Shown here piece after piece: positions 14,301 to 26,300 of a DNA stretch of 64,000 nucleotides (position 1 is the first letter of the stretch; each line of letters opens with the position of its first letter). The stretch lies in the NCBI GenBank assembly GCA_030141605.1, contig JAQGDQ010000041.1, positions 682,001 to 746,000 of the forward strand. Reading direction: 5' to 3'. The notes under the pieces were generated by a model. It saw only the letters and a program-made list of their open reading frames with translations. It made no database searches and was not told the origin of the DNA. Made by a program: the position numbers and the translations under genes. Origin of the DNA: Tubiluchus corallicola. Its lineage: Eukaryota; Animalia; Priapulida.

Positions 14301-17300
14301 TTAATCGCCTTATTCATGACCAATTAATTTAATAATCCTCTTATCTGCAAATCAGAGTGAAAACCAGAACTAGTCTACATAAAAGAAATTTATCTAGTAA
14401 ACTGCTTATTACGCTATGAGCTCTGGAACATACCGTCAGTTATGGCAAGGTCGCCAAATTTCCTTTGTGTAATAGTAGCCATTTCATGATCCATTAATGT
14501 AAATGCATAATTCACAAGCGCTAAATCATATGGTGTTTCCAATGTGTCCACCTTTGAAGCTAAATAGTCAGCAGCCCTTCTGATTGCGTCTTTAAGACCA
14601 GAAACGTCTATCTTGGCAATACCCTATACAATTGAATTTAAATTGTGATTTGATAGTGAAAAGGAAATCTTTCATACTTGTTGTATATAAGGTACATTCA
14701 ATTACAAGATAAACTAATGTGCAACTTCATTAAAATAACATTTGCAGATGCAGTTAATTATACGATTAAAAAGTTACCTCATCTTGCATGTTTTTATCAA
14801 CTTCTAACAATGATATAAGAGTGTATGCAGAAAGAGCAATTCCTTCGCTAGCTTGCCCCTATAACAAAAATGGTATCAACATTATACAAAAACCGAAAAA
14901 TGACATATGTAAAAGCAGAAGTTACTCCATACTAAGAACCACTGCACTTTCTTTCAGAATTGTATATTCTGTCAACAGAGTTTGAAGTTTTTTGATATGG
15001 AAGCCTGGTGCCAAATAGCTTGCTGGCAGCACATATTCACTCAGAGAGCAAACTATATTTACGTATATTACCTGCATTTCTTTGTGTATCACACGACCTC
15101 CCACTTCCTTAAATGCTCCATCTGCTTGCTGATGTCTAACCAGCCATGATACTGTTCTGGTCATAACTTTAGGATCAATGAAGAGATACTTGTCAGCTTG
15201 AGAGAACGATTTAGCAACAAATGCTGTCAACCTAAGAAAATAAAAATGGTTCTGGAACACCCACTTTCAGTGTAACACTACTCTTATTTGTTAAAAAGCA
15301 TGTGTTAACTACAGTAAGGCTAACTATTAAAAAATGCTATTCGATGAGCACACGTACATAGCACCAATTTTAACATCAGCGGAAATAGGAGAAATCAGCA
15401 ATTCAAACTAATTCTGATGACTGTTCTGTAGAACAGAAATAGGAGATCATGAGAATTTCAAATATTATCTGGTCAAATAATAAACTTCATTGTCAGCATT
15501 ATAACCTGTTATGTAATTTTAACTCATTTCTATTTTCGAATTGTCATTTTGCAGTTCAAAGAAATGCAAGGCATGTTATTGCTAAATCTTTTAGTAACAT
15601 TGGTACTCAACTATCTCTATAATGCAAACAACCTATAATATTATGAACCTTATTATACATCTGGTGTTTATCTGCAAAATGTCCAAACCTGTGGTACATT
15701 TAACATAATGGTAAGCCTTCTTGTAATAATCAGACTTTCCTGGGCTTTCCTCACATAGAGTGAATTTTGCACATTATTCTTAGCTTTAAACAAGATATAA
15801 AGTTTCACGAAACAATGTAAAGAATCATCAAGCCTTTGTTTTTGTTTGCACTTACCATACGCTTCCATAATCATCACTATTACCAAATGCACTAAATGAT
15901 CCATCTTCTCTTTGGTATTTAAGCTCCCGTTGATACCCTTTAAAAACGCAATATTATTTGTAAATGAATGCAACTAATTCTCTTAGCGAGTTATAGCATT
16001 AAGTAAATCGAATAATAAACAAAAACAAAAATTTTGAACAAGCTAAGTGATAACTCAAAACAATGTGTGCTACTCTTAGCCATTATAAGAAATAATGTTA
16101 AAACCTACGTGTGCTAAAAACTGGACAAATCTTAATAGCTTACCTATATCCATAAATTGTTTGGTTTTAGTTTGAATATCAGGAGTGTACTCATCAACAG
16201 CTACGAGGTAATTGGACACGAAAATATTGGGAGCAAACAAGACCATATTCTGTTCACCACATCCTGTCGGCATACGAATCAACCTGTCCAAATTCTTTAT
16301 TGAAGGTCCCATCAAATCTCCTATAACGGATACTTCCAATCGCTCAGAACCTTCAATGATGTCAACAAACCATGGTATTGTAGTCCTAACTTTGACATTA
16401 TCTTCCTGTGTGAGATCTACAAAGTGAGCTTTATTGAAATAGCGAGTGACTCCCTCAGGCTGAAATGAAAAAGCTGATTCTTTATTCTGATCAAGATTAA
16501 CTGATGTGAACTGCGTTGTCTACGTATTAACACTAACTATACCAACAAATCCGAATAAAAATCAAAATAAGAACTAGATTGTACCTTCACTCGAAGATTC
16601 TTTCTAACAGCGTCAGCCGCTGTTTCAGTTTGTCCGCTAATTTTCAGTGATATTTCTCCAATAACTAGAGGTTTGATTCCAAATAAAACAGCAGTTGGTT
16701 CTCCGGCTGGTGCCTACATAAATATTATCACACATTAATAGCCATTTGACACATTTATAGTACACATATCAATTTTAACTTCAATGAGATACTAGACATA
16801 CCAAATAATGTTAAGAACGTTACATAAATACCTTTTATAACGTGTACAGTACCTTGATTGTTTTGCTTCTGCTGTCGAACTTGGCAGAGCTGGGCACACC
16901 AACGTGTTCAAACGTTTCCCCACCACCGCCTAGTGTCAGGAAAACGTTTGTGTCATGATTTAGGTAGTTAAAGACCAGAACTCTGATAAAGACGTCCTCA
17001 CCACGAATAACAGAGTAAGGAAGGTCTAGTTGAACGAAAAATGGTCTTGATACTGTAATCTAAAATATATAAAAATGATATTTTAACCGAATTAAATCGC
17101 AACCAGTTTTTTGTTTGTTCTAAACCGAATCAGAATCAAATACCTCAATTTACATAAGGATAATTTCGTTTTCCTCGTGTACTAATTGCTAATTGGGCAG
17201 CCGGGTAGGCTCTAGAACTTAAAATATCAATTTGGTACCCAAAATTCTTTAAAATATAAGGTACTTCATTAGTCTTTTTTCTCGCAACTGGTTTATTCTT

Positions 17301-20300
17301 GAAATTACTGTCTATGATATATATATATATATATAGTGTTACGAAGGCGAAATGCCCTTTATTATCTTCCCCCTATACACGCCCCCCCCCCCTAGTATAT
17401 GGACGCTATAGCCAGTCTAACATTCGCCGGTTTCGTACACATGGGAGCAGTTGCGTGAAGAGACGCAAAGAGCTTCCTGATCTGCTATCGTCTCAAAGAA
17501 GGGGAACAACGGTGCTACGTTAGTTGGTGCAGTCCTTACGAGCCTGCGGACCTACTCCAGCCATCTGGTTGAGGAACACCCACCTTGCAAGGGAGACGCA
17601 CGTACACGAACCCCAGGAGTCTCCAGACCGCTTTCTGAATCTGGCCGGGACAGAGCCAGCTCTCCGAGCCTCAACTACAGTCATTTCTTAATTCTTTTTG
17701 TTTAAAAAAATTTGACACAAGCCTTTTTCGTAAGCGTTATGCTCTTAAAATGGCAAAAACGTTTTAGGCATAACAGACATTTTATACTCCCGTAAAACTT
17801 GTAAATCCTGCGTGCTTCATTCTGGTTCGAGGCCGAACCATTTTCTGTAGAGGACGGCAGTGTTACGAAAGCGAAATGCCCTTTATTTTCGACCCTCCCC
17901 CTCTACATTGTGATGGTTTCATTCATTACGAAGCCATTGCATATCAGCGTTTCATAACAGCTATAAAGTAGCCGGTATGGAATGGCCTCGTCGGTTCAAT
18001 GATACACACACATGTATTTACATCCATATAGTGGATACACATAAAGCATACATATAGGCAGTAATTTCAAGAATAAACCAGTTGCGAGAAAAAAGACCAT
18101 AAACTCTGTAATGAGAGTAAAGTGCCTTACGTTTTAAAGGATTTTGGGTATATATATATGATGTGTATATGCGAATGTTAAAACTAATTTTTGGGTTATT
18201 CACGAAGTAACTCTATAATGTCATCAACACTATGATGTTGTTGTCATCTTCGGTCTTCTTGTTGTTCGTGCAATGACGTCGCAATAGAGTTACTCTGTAT
18301 TTTAATTTTTTGCAAAAAAACTGATCCTTGCCAACACTACATGGTGTTCTGAATAACGTATCCAGGCAGTTGGACAGTAAAATCATCAATAAGCGAATAA
18401 TCCGATGCCTCGTATTCTTGACTAGTTTTACATGTTTAGCCATTAATTATTTTTAAGATAAAACTATATACAAATAAATGGCGAATTTATTTTGAACTCA
18501 GTTATTGCAATTAGTAATAAACGCACCTTAGCTGTTTCTTCTCCAATTCCCAAGCCATACGTATCGCTTATAGCAAATGCACTAGCAATCCATGACGTAA
18601 TTGTATCCGGAACGTTTGTGCTGATTTCTGTAGAGCCGTCAGAGCTAAGAAGTCATAAAAATAACTATTATTGTTGAAAGTAGCACCACTAGTAATTTGT
18701 TAACAATTGTCGTATTTTGTAAAATCACGAAAAATTAAAAAAGCTTCTTCTTAAATTTTGACGTGTCTATCAAGATTTAATTAAATTCATGTTAAAAGCA
18801 AAAACTTTAGTATGTGCTTTTTTCGAAAACACGATAAACATAAACATGAATTGGCATTTGACGTACGTAACCAGACACAAATTCGTCATGCTAAATTATA
18901 ATTAGAGCATTCAAAAGTTATAATTTGTATGTATCACAATGCAATAATTTTTCCAGTAGTTGAAACAGACAATGTGATGTGTTAGTAAGGAAGCCAAAAC
19001 GATATCTACTATTAGCAATTAAATAGAGATAGTTTAGAAACTGTGCGTTGTTAGTGTGCTAACCAAGCCGAAGCTAGATTAATAGAACACAGATGAACTT
19101 AACAGCTTAACTAAAGCACCGCAAATTTTAATTAGTTTTAGGTTTCGTTAAGTATGTAAGAGAGAGAGAGCCACCCAAGACTATACTAAATAACCGCATA
19201 CACGGGTGCATGAAGAAGGTAGAAACAGCCAATTGTTCATTTTTGTCAGTACTACACTGGTGTATTAATAGTCTTGTTTTAAGAAATAGTTCCTGCAAGT
19301 AAGATTGTATGTAATGACTCTGCCTGAATTCCACCTTTAGCGAACATTATCATAATACGTGTACTGAAAACCGCTTGTTCCATATTGAATAGAACTACAC
19401 ACATCTACGGAGATTACAAAATCACCAAAATTGATGTTAACTCGTCAATAACTACCCAGCATCTGTTTCAGTCCAGAGCCACGTTTCTGGAAAATTGCTT
19501 CGCGTCTGTTTTGGTTTCAGCAACTGCTTTGGTTTACTTTCAGAAACAAAAACATCAATTTGACCAAGTGCATCACTACCAAAAGCACCAAGAGAAATAT
19601 CCGATAGTGGCGCAAAAGCGAATTCCGGTTGAAAGTCAAAGTCAAATTCAAAGTCAAATTCTGGTCCAATTTCTTCAGGAATACCTGGAAACGAAGATAT
19701 CGCGATAATTCAATCTCACTTACCGAGCACCTTCCCATCCCAAGTTTTTAATTCTCTCCTGTGTTTGAAAGTGTTTACTTTCTTATAATATAATTACCCA
19801 GATTTGTTTCAGTCCAAATATACGTTTCTGGAAAATCATGGCGAGTCTGTTTAGGTTTCAGGAAATGTTCTGGTTTATTTTTGGATTTTTTACGTAGGCC
19901 TATGCTGTCAGAGAAAGCAAACGTACAGGCAAAAGGCTGAGGCGCAGCGGCAAAACTTGCAGCTACAACAGTAAATTCCGGTTCGAACTCCTCAACCTCA
20001 AGTATTGAGTATAAAATATCTGGTTCGGTGAACGCTCTTCGGTGAGCGGTGAACAAGTAAAAGAACGCTCTTGGAATCAATTAGTCTTGCACTGCATGGT
20101 CTGCACCGGTCTCATTTTACCCCACTTTCTGATATACCTCTATTCCCGAGAGACTGACGGGTGCATTTTTTTTAGATGATTCGTAAATTTAATGCATGGC
20201 GAGAATTTCACCAAGGCGGCTAAGATTTTGGGAGAGCGGTTTCGAGTTTGCTTTGCTGTCACTTCTGCAGCGCATCCTTAAACTCATTTAGTCCACAAGC

Positions 20301-23300
20301 AGCCTGCAAGAAAAACGTGCAATTCACAGTGACCCGGGGTCCGTGTCTCCGTTTACAGTTCCCGTTTACATCTAGGTAATATAATCGAGGATTCTGCCCA
20401 AAATTATAAAGAGTAAATTTACATCTCGGAATGTCCGAAAACAAATACATTTTGTTTGAATCATTCAGTCTCACTTATAGGGCCATTTTAATATGCTAGT
20501 TTTACAACCCATGGATGCGTTTTGATTCTGATAGATATACTGCTTACCCAGCTTTTGTATCAATCCAAAGCCAACTTTTGGGAAAGTTGCTTCGATTTTG
20601 TCTTGGTTTCACTAACTGGTTTGAATCACTTTTAGTGAATCTTTAGACTGCGCTATATGAGCAAAAGCCAGAACGCGAGGCCGTGGCGCTTTCCTAAAGG
20701 TGGCTGGAAGTAAAAAAGACCTGCTGCAGTATTTCAAGGTGAACCTAACCCGCATTTCTTCTTATTTCTCTTTGAATTTTCTGATGAAAATGGAAGCGTG
20801 ACACTGGATATTTCGTGGGAACAAAATTTCCTGAACTAGAAGCAATGATCTAAATTACTTATCCAAAATCCATATTTTGCATAAAATTAATAACAATTAC
20901 CTTTGTACTACCAAACGTGGCCTTTGCTTTGGCTTCCCTAAATGCTTTATCAGTTTATGATTTCAAAAACCAAGCATGGCCACGCGTGAAATCTGGTACC
21001 ATTTGTAGGATTGCAAGACATTTACTATGGATTTAAATGTAAATGCCACATGCATACATTTGAAGCAGGGTTTGCTCATCTCAAAAGTTTGTAAGAGTAA
21101 TTCTAGTCAACTCATATAGCTCGACGAACACGGTCTTTATTCAAATATCATTGATATATCGATCTATTTCAGACTTTTCCGGCACGTTTTTGGGCCAATC
21201 TCATGGATTCAAAATGAAGGTGGTAGGAGGGAACGAAGTGCAAACGAGTCTAAATTAAATAAACAGAGCTCTCCAATCCAGTTCCAATTCTTTAAAGAAA
21301 ACTTCGCAGGCAAAATATTATTAAGCTTTTGTAAAAAAGTTTTGTGAAATGTGTTCTCGCCTGGAGGCCGTCTTTACAAAAAAATCTGACCAGTTGTTGA
21401 CTTCAGCAAATCAGCAGGTAATAGAACATAAATCTCATAATAATACAATTGTATTCATGTTTATCATTCAATACATGCACATGGAACAATATTTGAGAGG
21501 TGGAGCATGTTTTTATCAGAGACTTTAGCGCAAGGCTTAACTTCACTTTTCATTAAAAGAACACTCTCTACTTCAACGAAGATTTCACCAAATCTGTACG
21601 AAGCATGACGTAAAATCTGTTTTAAACTTGTGTACGCCACGTGAAATCTAAAACTTTACAGAGTAATTGGTGCAGGCTCATGCAGACACGATTCCTTTAT
21701 GGAGGATTCTGAAGAACAATGTATTTACGCTTCTTTGGGTATGTGAAAAAATGTTAAAGAGGAAGAAAAGGTAATTTTATAGTATATCCCAGAAAACTTT
21801 CTATACAAAGTTATGTTACTCAGCATTACTTTCACCTGCTTGAAAGACGTATGGTTACTGGAAGAAAATTCTTAGTTATTCAAAGTAAAACGTCCTGACT
21901 CATCTTCCCAGTTCGCACCACTGACTCGCTAAAACGCATATTATTAGCATCACTGAGAAAATAAAGTAGGCCTAATTTAAACTCTTGCGTGGTTAGTTAA
22001 GTGTTCACTAGGAATACTTTGATTATTTTTTCGAAGTTTACTCAATGTTAACTAAACTTCTTTCAAACGATTTACGTTAAAATGCCCGACGATCGTCCTA
22101 AGAGTTTAAAATTTCAAGTTTTATGTAGTGTTGCTACTAATACAAGCTGTGGGCGTATTACGGCAGTACGTAAGTGATACAAAATTTCAAGACAAATTTT
22201 TAGCTTCATGTAAGTAAACGGTTTTCTTGTTCTTTAGTTTATCTACCCCACACGTTCATGTACCAAAAGTCAAATTTCTGAAAAGCTTTTTGCAGAAATT
22301 TTGGTTTCAGTGAATTGTTTCGAGTTCGAGGTGGAGAGACAGAAAAAACCTCTGTCATGCTGACGCTCGAAACAGAATCAGCAGACTCTTCAAGACAACT
22401 ATTAATATATTATAAATCATAAGAGGGATCCATTGTCAATCACACAGAAACTAATCATATTTATGCGGCAGTAGGTAAAAAAAATCAATAAGCGTTTAGT
22501 GATATTTTAACTGATCATAGGAAACGGGGGCAAAACCATGACGATCGCGATATTACGAATGTAGGAACTACACAAGCTTAAGTAATTTTGCGCGCACTTT
22601 CTTAAACAATGACCGTTGGTCTTTAAACAAGGAAAACGTGTTGCAAAACAGAAAGATCGCGTAGCCGTTAGTAACTTTCGTTAGGTGGCTGTAATTTAAA
22701 TAAATTCCACTGGTTGCCAAATCACAATCGCATGGCTAAATAAAAATTGTGATGCGATCAACGTAGTTATAAATGTACTTAAATACTTGTAGGTATATGA
22801 AACATTCGCTGTTTTGACTAACCAAAATTTGTTTTTTAATCTACGAGTGCGGGTTATACTGGAATCGGATATTTTTTACTAGTTTCACTTGACGTTTTAT
22901 CGAAGTTGTTTCAAAGCTGGCCAATGCAGTGCTTGGTTATTTGGAAGATATTAGGAGAAATTGTTTAAATGAGCAAGAGGAAGTAGATTTTGATGAGTCT
23001 GAGCAGTGTGAAAAAGCAGCAACTAAATTGTAACCGAAACTAAAAAGGATCGTGTAACAGTGTCTGTTTCAAAATCACTGGTCAAATTACGTTTAAATAA
23101 GTGAAATAAATAGTGACGCAAATCTTTGCTACTACGTTTCTTCCACCTACCCCACAAAGGTATTGAGCCAGAGCAGCGTTTCAGGAAAATCTGTTCTAAT
23201 CTTCTTTGGGCGCTGTAAATCTTTGCCAGTTTGTGGCTGGTCAAATGGATTCTGCGCAGTAGTAGGGAAAAATGTTGTTGTAGTAGGAAATGGCCGACGG

Positions 23301-26300
23301 GTAGCAGTAAAAGTAGTGCGTCTATCTAGCGAAAAATAATCCCAGTCTCTGGTAGCTGCCTCTGCAAAACGTTATTGTTTTGTAAATGGACGTTTTTATT
23401 GGAATGCCTAACGATCTAGAGATATAAACGTGCTAAAAGTAAGCTGTTCAATGAATAACAAGCTGTGCAAACATAGCAGCTGCTAACAAGAAACTTGAAC
23501 GCGCCAAATCTCGGGCAGTAGACTGTAGTGCCATTTCTTCGCCGCTAGGTTTAAGATCTAGTTTCTTTGTACAACTTCTGTTATATTAGAAGTGACTGTA
23601 CTAATAATGACGTTTTTTGCAATATGTGCAAGGAACAAGCTGCACAATAATGCTCGGCATAATACTAAAATTTAAAGGCACAAATGCATGCAAGTAATTA
23701 ACATAAGTAGGTTAATCAGCATGATATGTAATGACAGTTCACAACAAAACACTCAGCTAAGTTAGTACCTAAATGCATCTGCAAAACACATTACTTAAGT
23801 ATAACTTGAAGTTCAGAAAGCCATTCGGTACATGCAAATCAACACACAACACTCTTCTCACCCAGACTCAGTGTCAATCCACAACCAGGATTCGGGGAAG
23901 TCCTTGCGCACTTTCTTTATGGGGACAACTTTCTTGTTGCTAGCACTCTCGGTTCTTGCGCCTTTAAAAGCACGAGCAACGGCTACACCAGCACCAGGCG
24001 CTGGCCTTTGAGCCATAAGCGGACGTTCAAAAATAGGCTGGATCGCGTGGTCAAAGTAAAAAATAGGAGGGTGTAGTTCTGAAACAGAATATGTTGGCAA
24101 CAACAATTTTTCAAGCTTTAAATTTAATGCTAAAATAGTAGTAACATCTATTCGTTGTCTCCTGGAGCACCAATCGCTTCCTCATAATTCAAAAGTTGGC
24201 TAATGGAAAGATAGAAAAATTAGCATGGTGTCAAAAATCAACTTCGTGTTCAGGCTGCGCATGAAATTTAATGAGCACTTCATCTTTTTGCTTCGGAAAA
24301 TTCTAGGTATTAATAAATTTAATAGAATTTGGTACTCGGAAAGCGGGTACCCAGCACTCAACAAGCAGGGCCTACACGATGTGTATGGTTGTGGGAGCCC
24401 CGGCACAAACTTATGGAGCCTTTGAGCCGAGGTAGGTATGACAGACAAAACCGTCCTGAAGCAATGTTGCCAAGGGCCATTCATCCATTTACTGACTAAG
24501 CTCACGTTTGTTTATCTTTGGTTGCTAAGTACCATCTAGTGAGCTAAAATTAAACTAAACAAAATACATTTTTATTAATCTGATTTAATAAATTAATTAT
24601 AACAGCTGAATTGTGTGATTACACTATTGTCTCTCATTAATTTAAAAGACATAAATTGAAAACATAATTTCATTCAATAATATAAAAATCGGTTTTGTCA
24701 AGGTAAAAACTTGATATTGTCAACGAATGTGTCGATGTTATGAAGACAAAGTTTGTAATGTCAAGGTAGAAAATTGATATTGTCAATATAAAGGTCCGAA
24801 AATTGGAAAGTGATTTTTTCATATCATCACCTAATACTCTTCGGCACAAAACTGCACTCTATCACTAGTATTGAAAATGCCAATTTAACGAGTTTAGCGC
24901 GTAGTGTCAAATGCATTTTGAAGTTTATATTTGTATGACTTGAGATATTTGTTGACGTTAATGTTAAAATGATAATTAGTGTTAACCATAGTTTTTGCGC
25001 TCTAACTTCACAATATTAAAGTCCACAAATTCTTTTTCCGCAAAATGCCTAAATGTTAGCTACGGGTCCTACAAATGGCAACTAAATGTAGCTGCGCATA
25101 AGTGCACCATGTTTCATTTAGGATTTGGCAATCTCATCTTCAGTATTTTCTTGATGGCACCCCTCCCCTTACCCATAGTAACAAATGTAATGACTTGGGT
25201 GTTACAGTATCGTCCGATTTGAAATTCTCGACACAGTGTAAAACCATAGTTTCTAAAGCACTTCGTATGGTAAATATGATTTTTAGGGTGTTTCTACACT
25301 AAAAACAAAACTGCACTGTTGACTGCTTATAAAGCTTATGTGCGTCCCTTGTTGGAGTACTGCTCGTCAGTGTGGTCCCCGTTAGTGCCGTCAGTTTAAT
25401 TATGTTTCTTATTTAGACAGACCTGTCAGAACTAGAATTGCAGCCAGTCGAATTAAGACGCATTGTCTGTGATCTTAAGATGGTATACAAAATTTGTCAT
25501 AAAATAGTGGGTTTAAGTTTTGATGATTTTTTCAAGAATGCTTCAAAAAACACTCACTAAAAGACTAGCTAATGTTAATTTACTGCCCTATTGCAACTTT
25601 ATCCGGAACATGTAACATTGTCATTGGCGTAATTGGCTCTCTCCGAATCGTATTATTGTATAAAACGTGTTGTATATGGTATATAATTCATATTTAGGTA
25701 CATTTATTAGGAGCTTTTTAATGAGAGATATTAAATTTTAGGGAATTGTTCTATTTTTGTGCATCTTTTTATGTCTTATAGGATCAGCGTAAGTGCGCAT
25801 GCGCCTACTTATTCTTTCTTTTATACAATTTTACTATATGTATAAATGTCAAAATAAATAAATAAATAATGTATCAGAGAGGCCAACAAACATAACACGC
25901 ATACACATAGATTACAGACTAAGTTACTTAAAGAGATTTAGTATTTTCAAAGATTTGGAAGGAATTTCCATGAACTATAGCCCGACTGAGAATTTTTGCC
26001 CGGGAAGACAGATTAGTGTGAAATATAAAACCAGTCAGGAAAAAACCTTTGTCGACAAAACGACGATAATTTTGATCACAAGAACTACCGCTAAACTATA
26101 AACATGATCTTACAAGACACAAAAGAAGACTGACGAGGGGCACGAAAACCCAAGAAGAGAAGGGATTTACTTTGAAGCATAAACCAAGTTAAACCTATGT
26201 GGTGCAAAGATTCGGAGGCGGCGACTAGCACTTCTAATTTACGTCTGTGTATAAAGCGAAATCCAATCATTTAGTCAAGAAAATGCTGCACTCTAAATAG

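Noticed and set aside
19723-19758. Micro-exon between G and H ending in a strong CG|GTAAGT donor
   Set aside because: It has an immediate in-frame TAA in phase 1, and the intron to H would be only about 38 nt. At most a decoy donor.
22268-22272. In-frame TGA in exon E as selenocysteine or read-through
   Set aside because: It replaces the conserved Trp codon (TGG to TGA) and comes with a frameshift and other decay.
25980-26230. Possible further relic of exon B (GTCGACAAA...CCTGAC)
   Set aside because: The similarity is limited to two short words, with no FPE/WLW remnant or donor.
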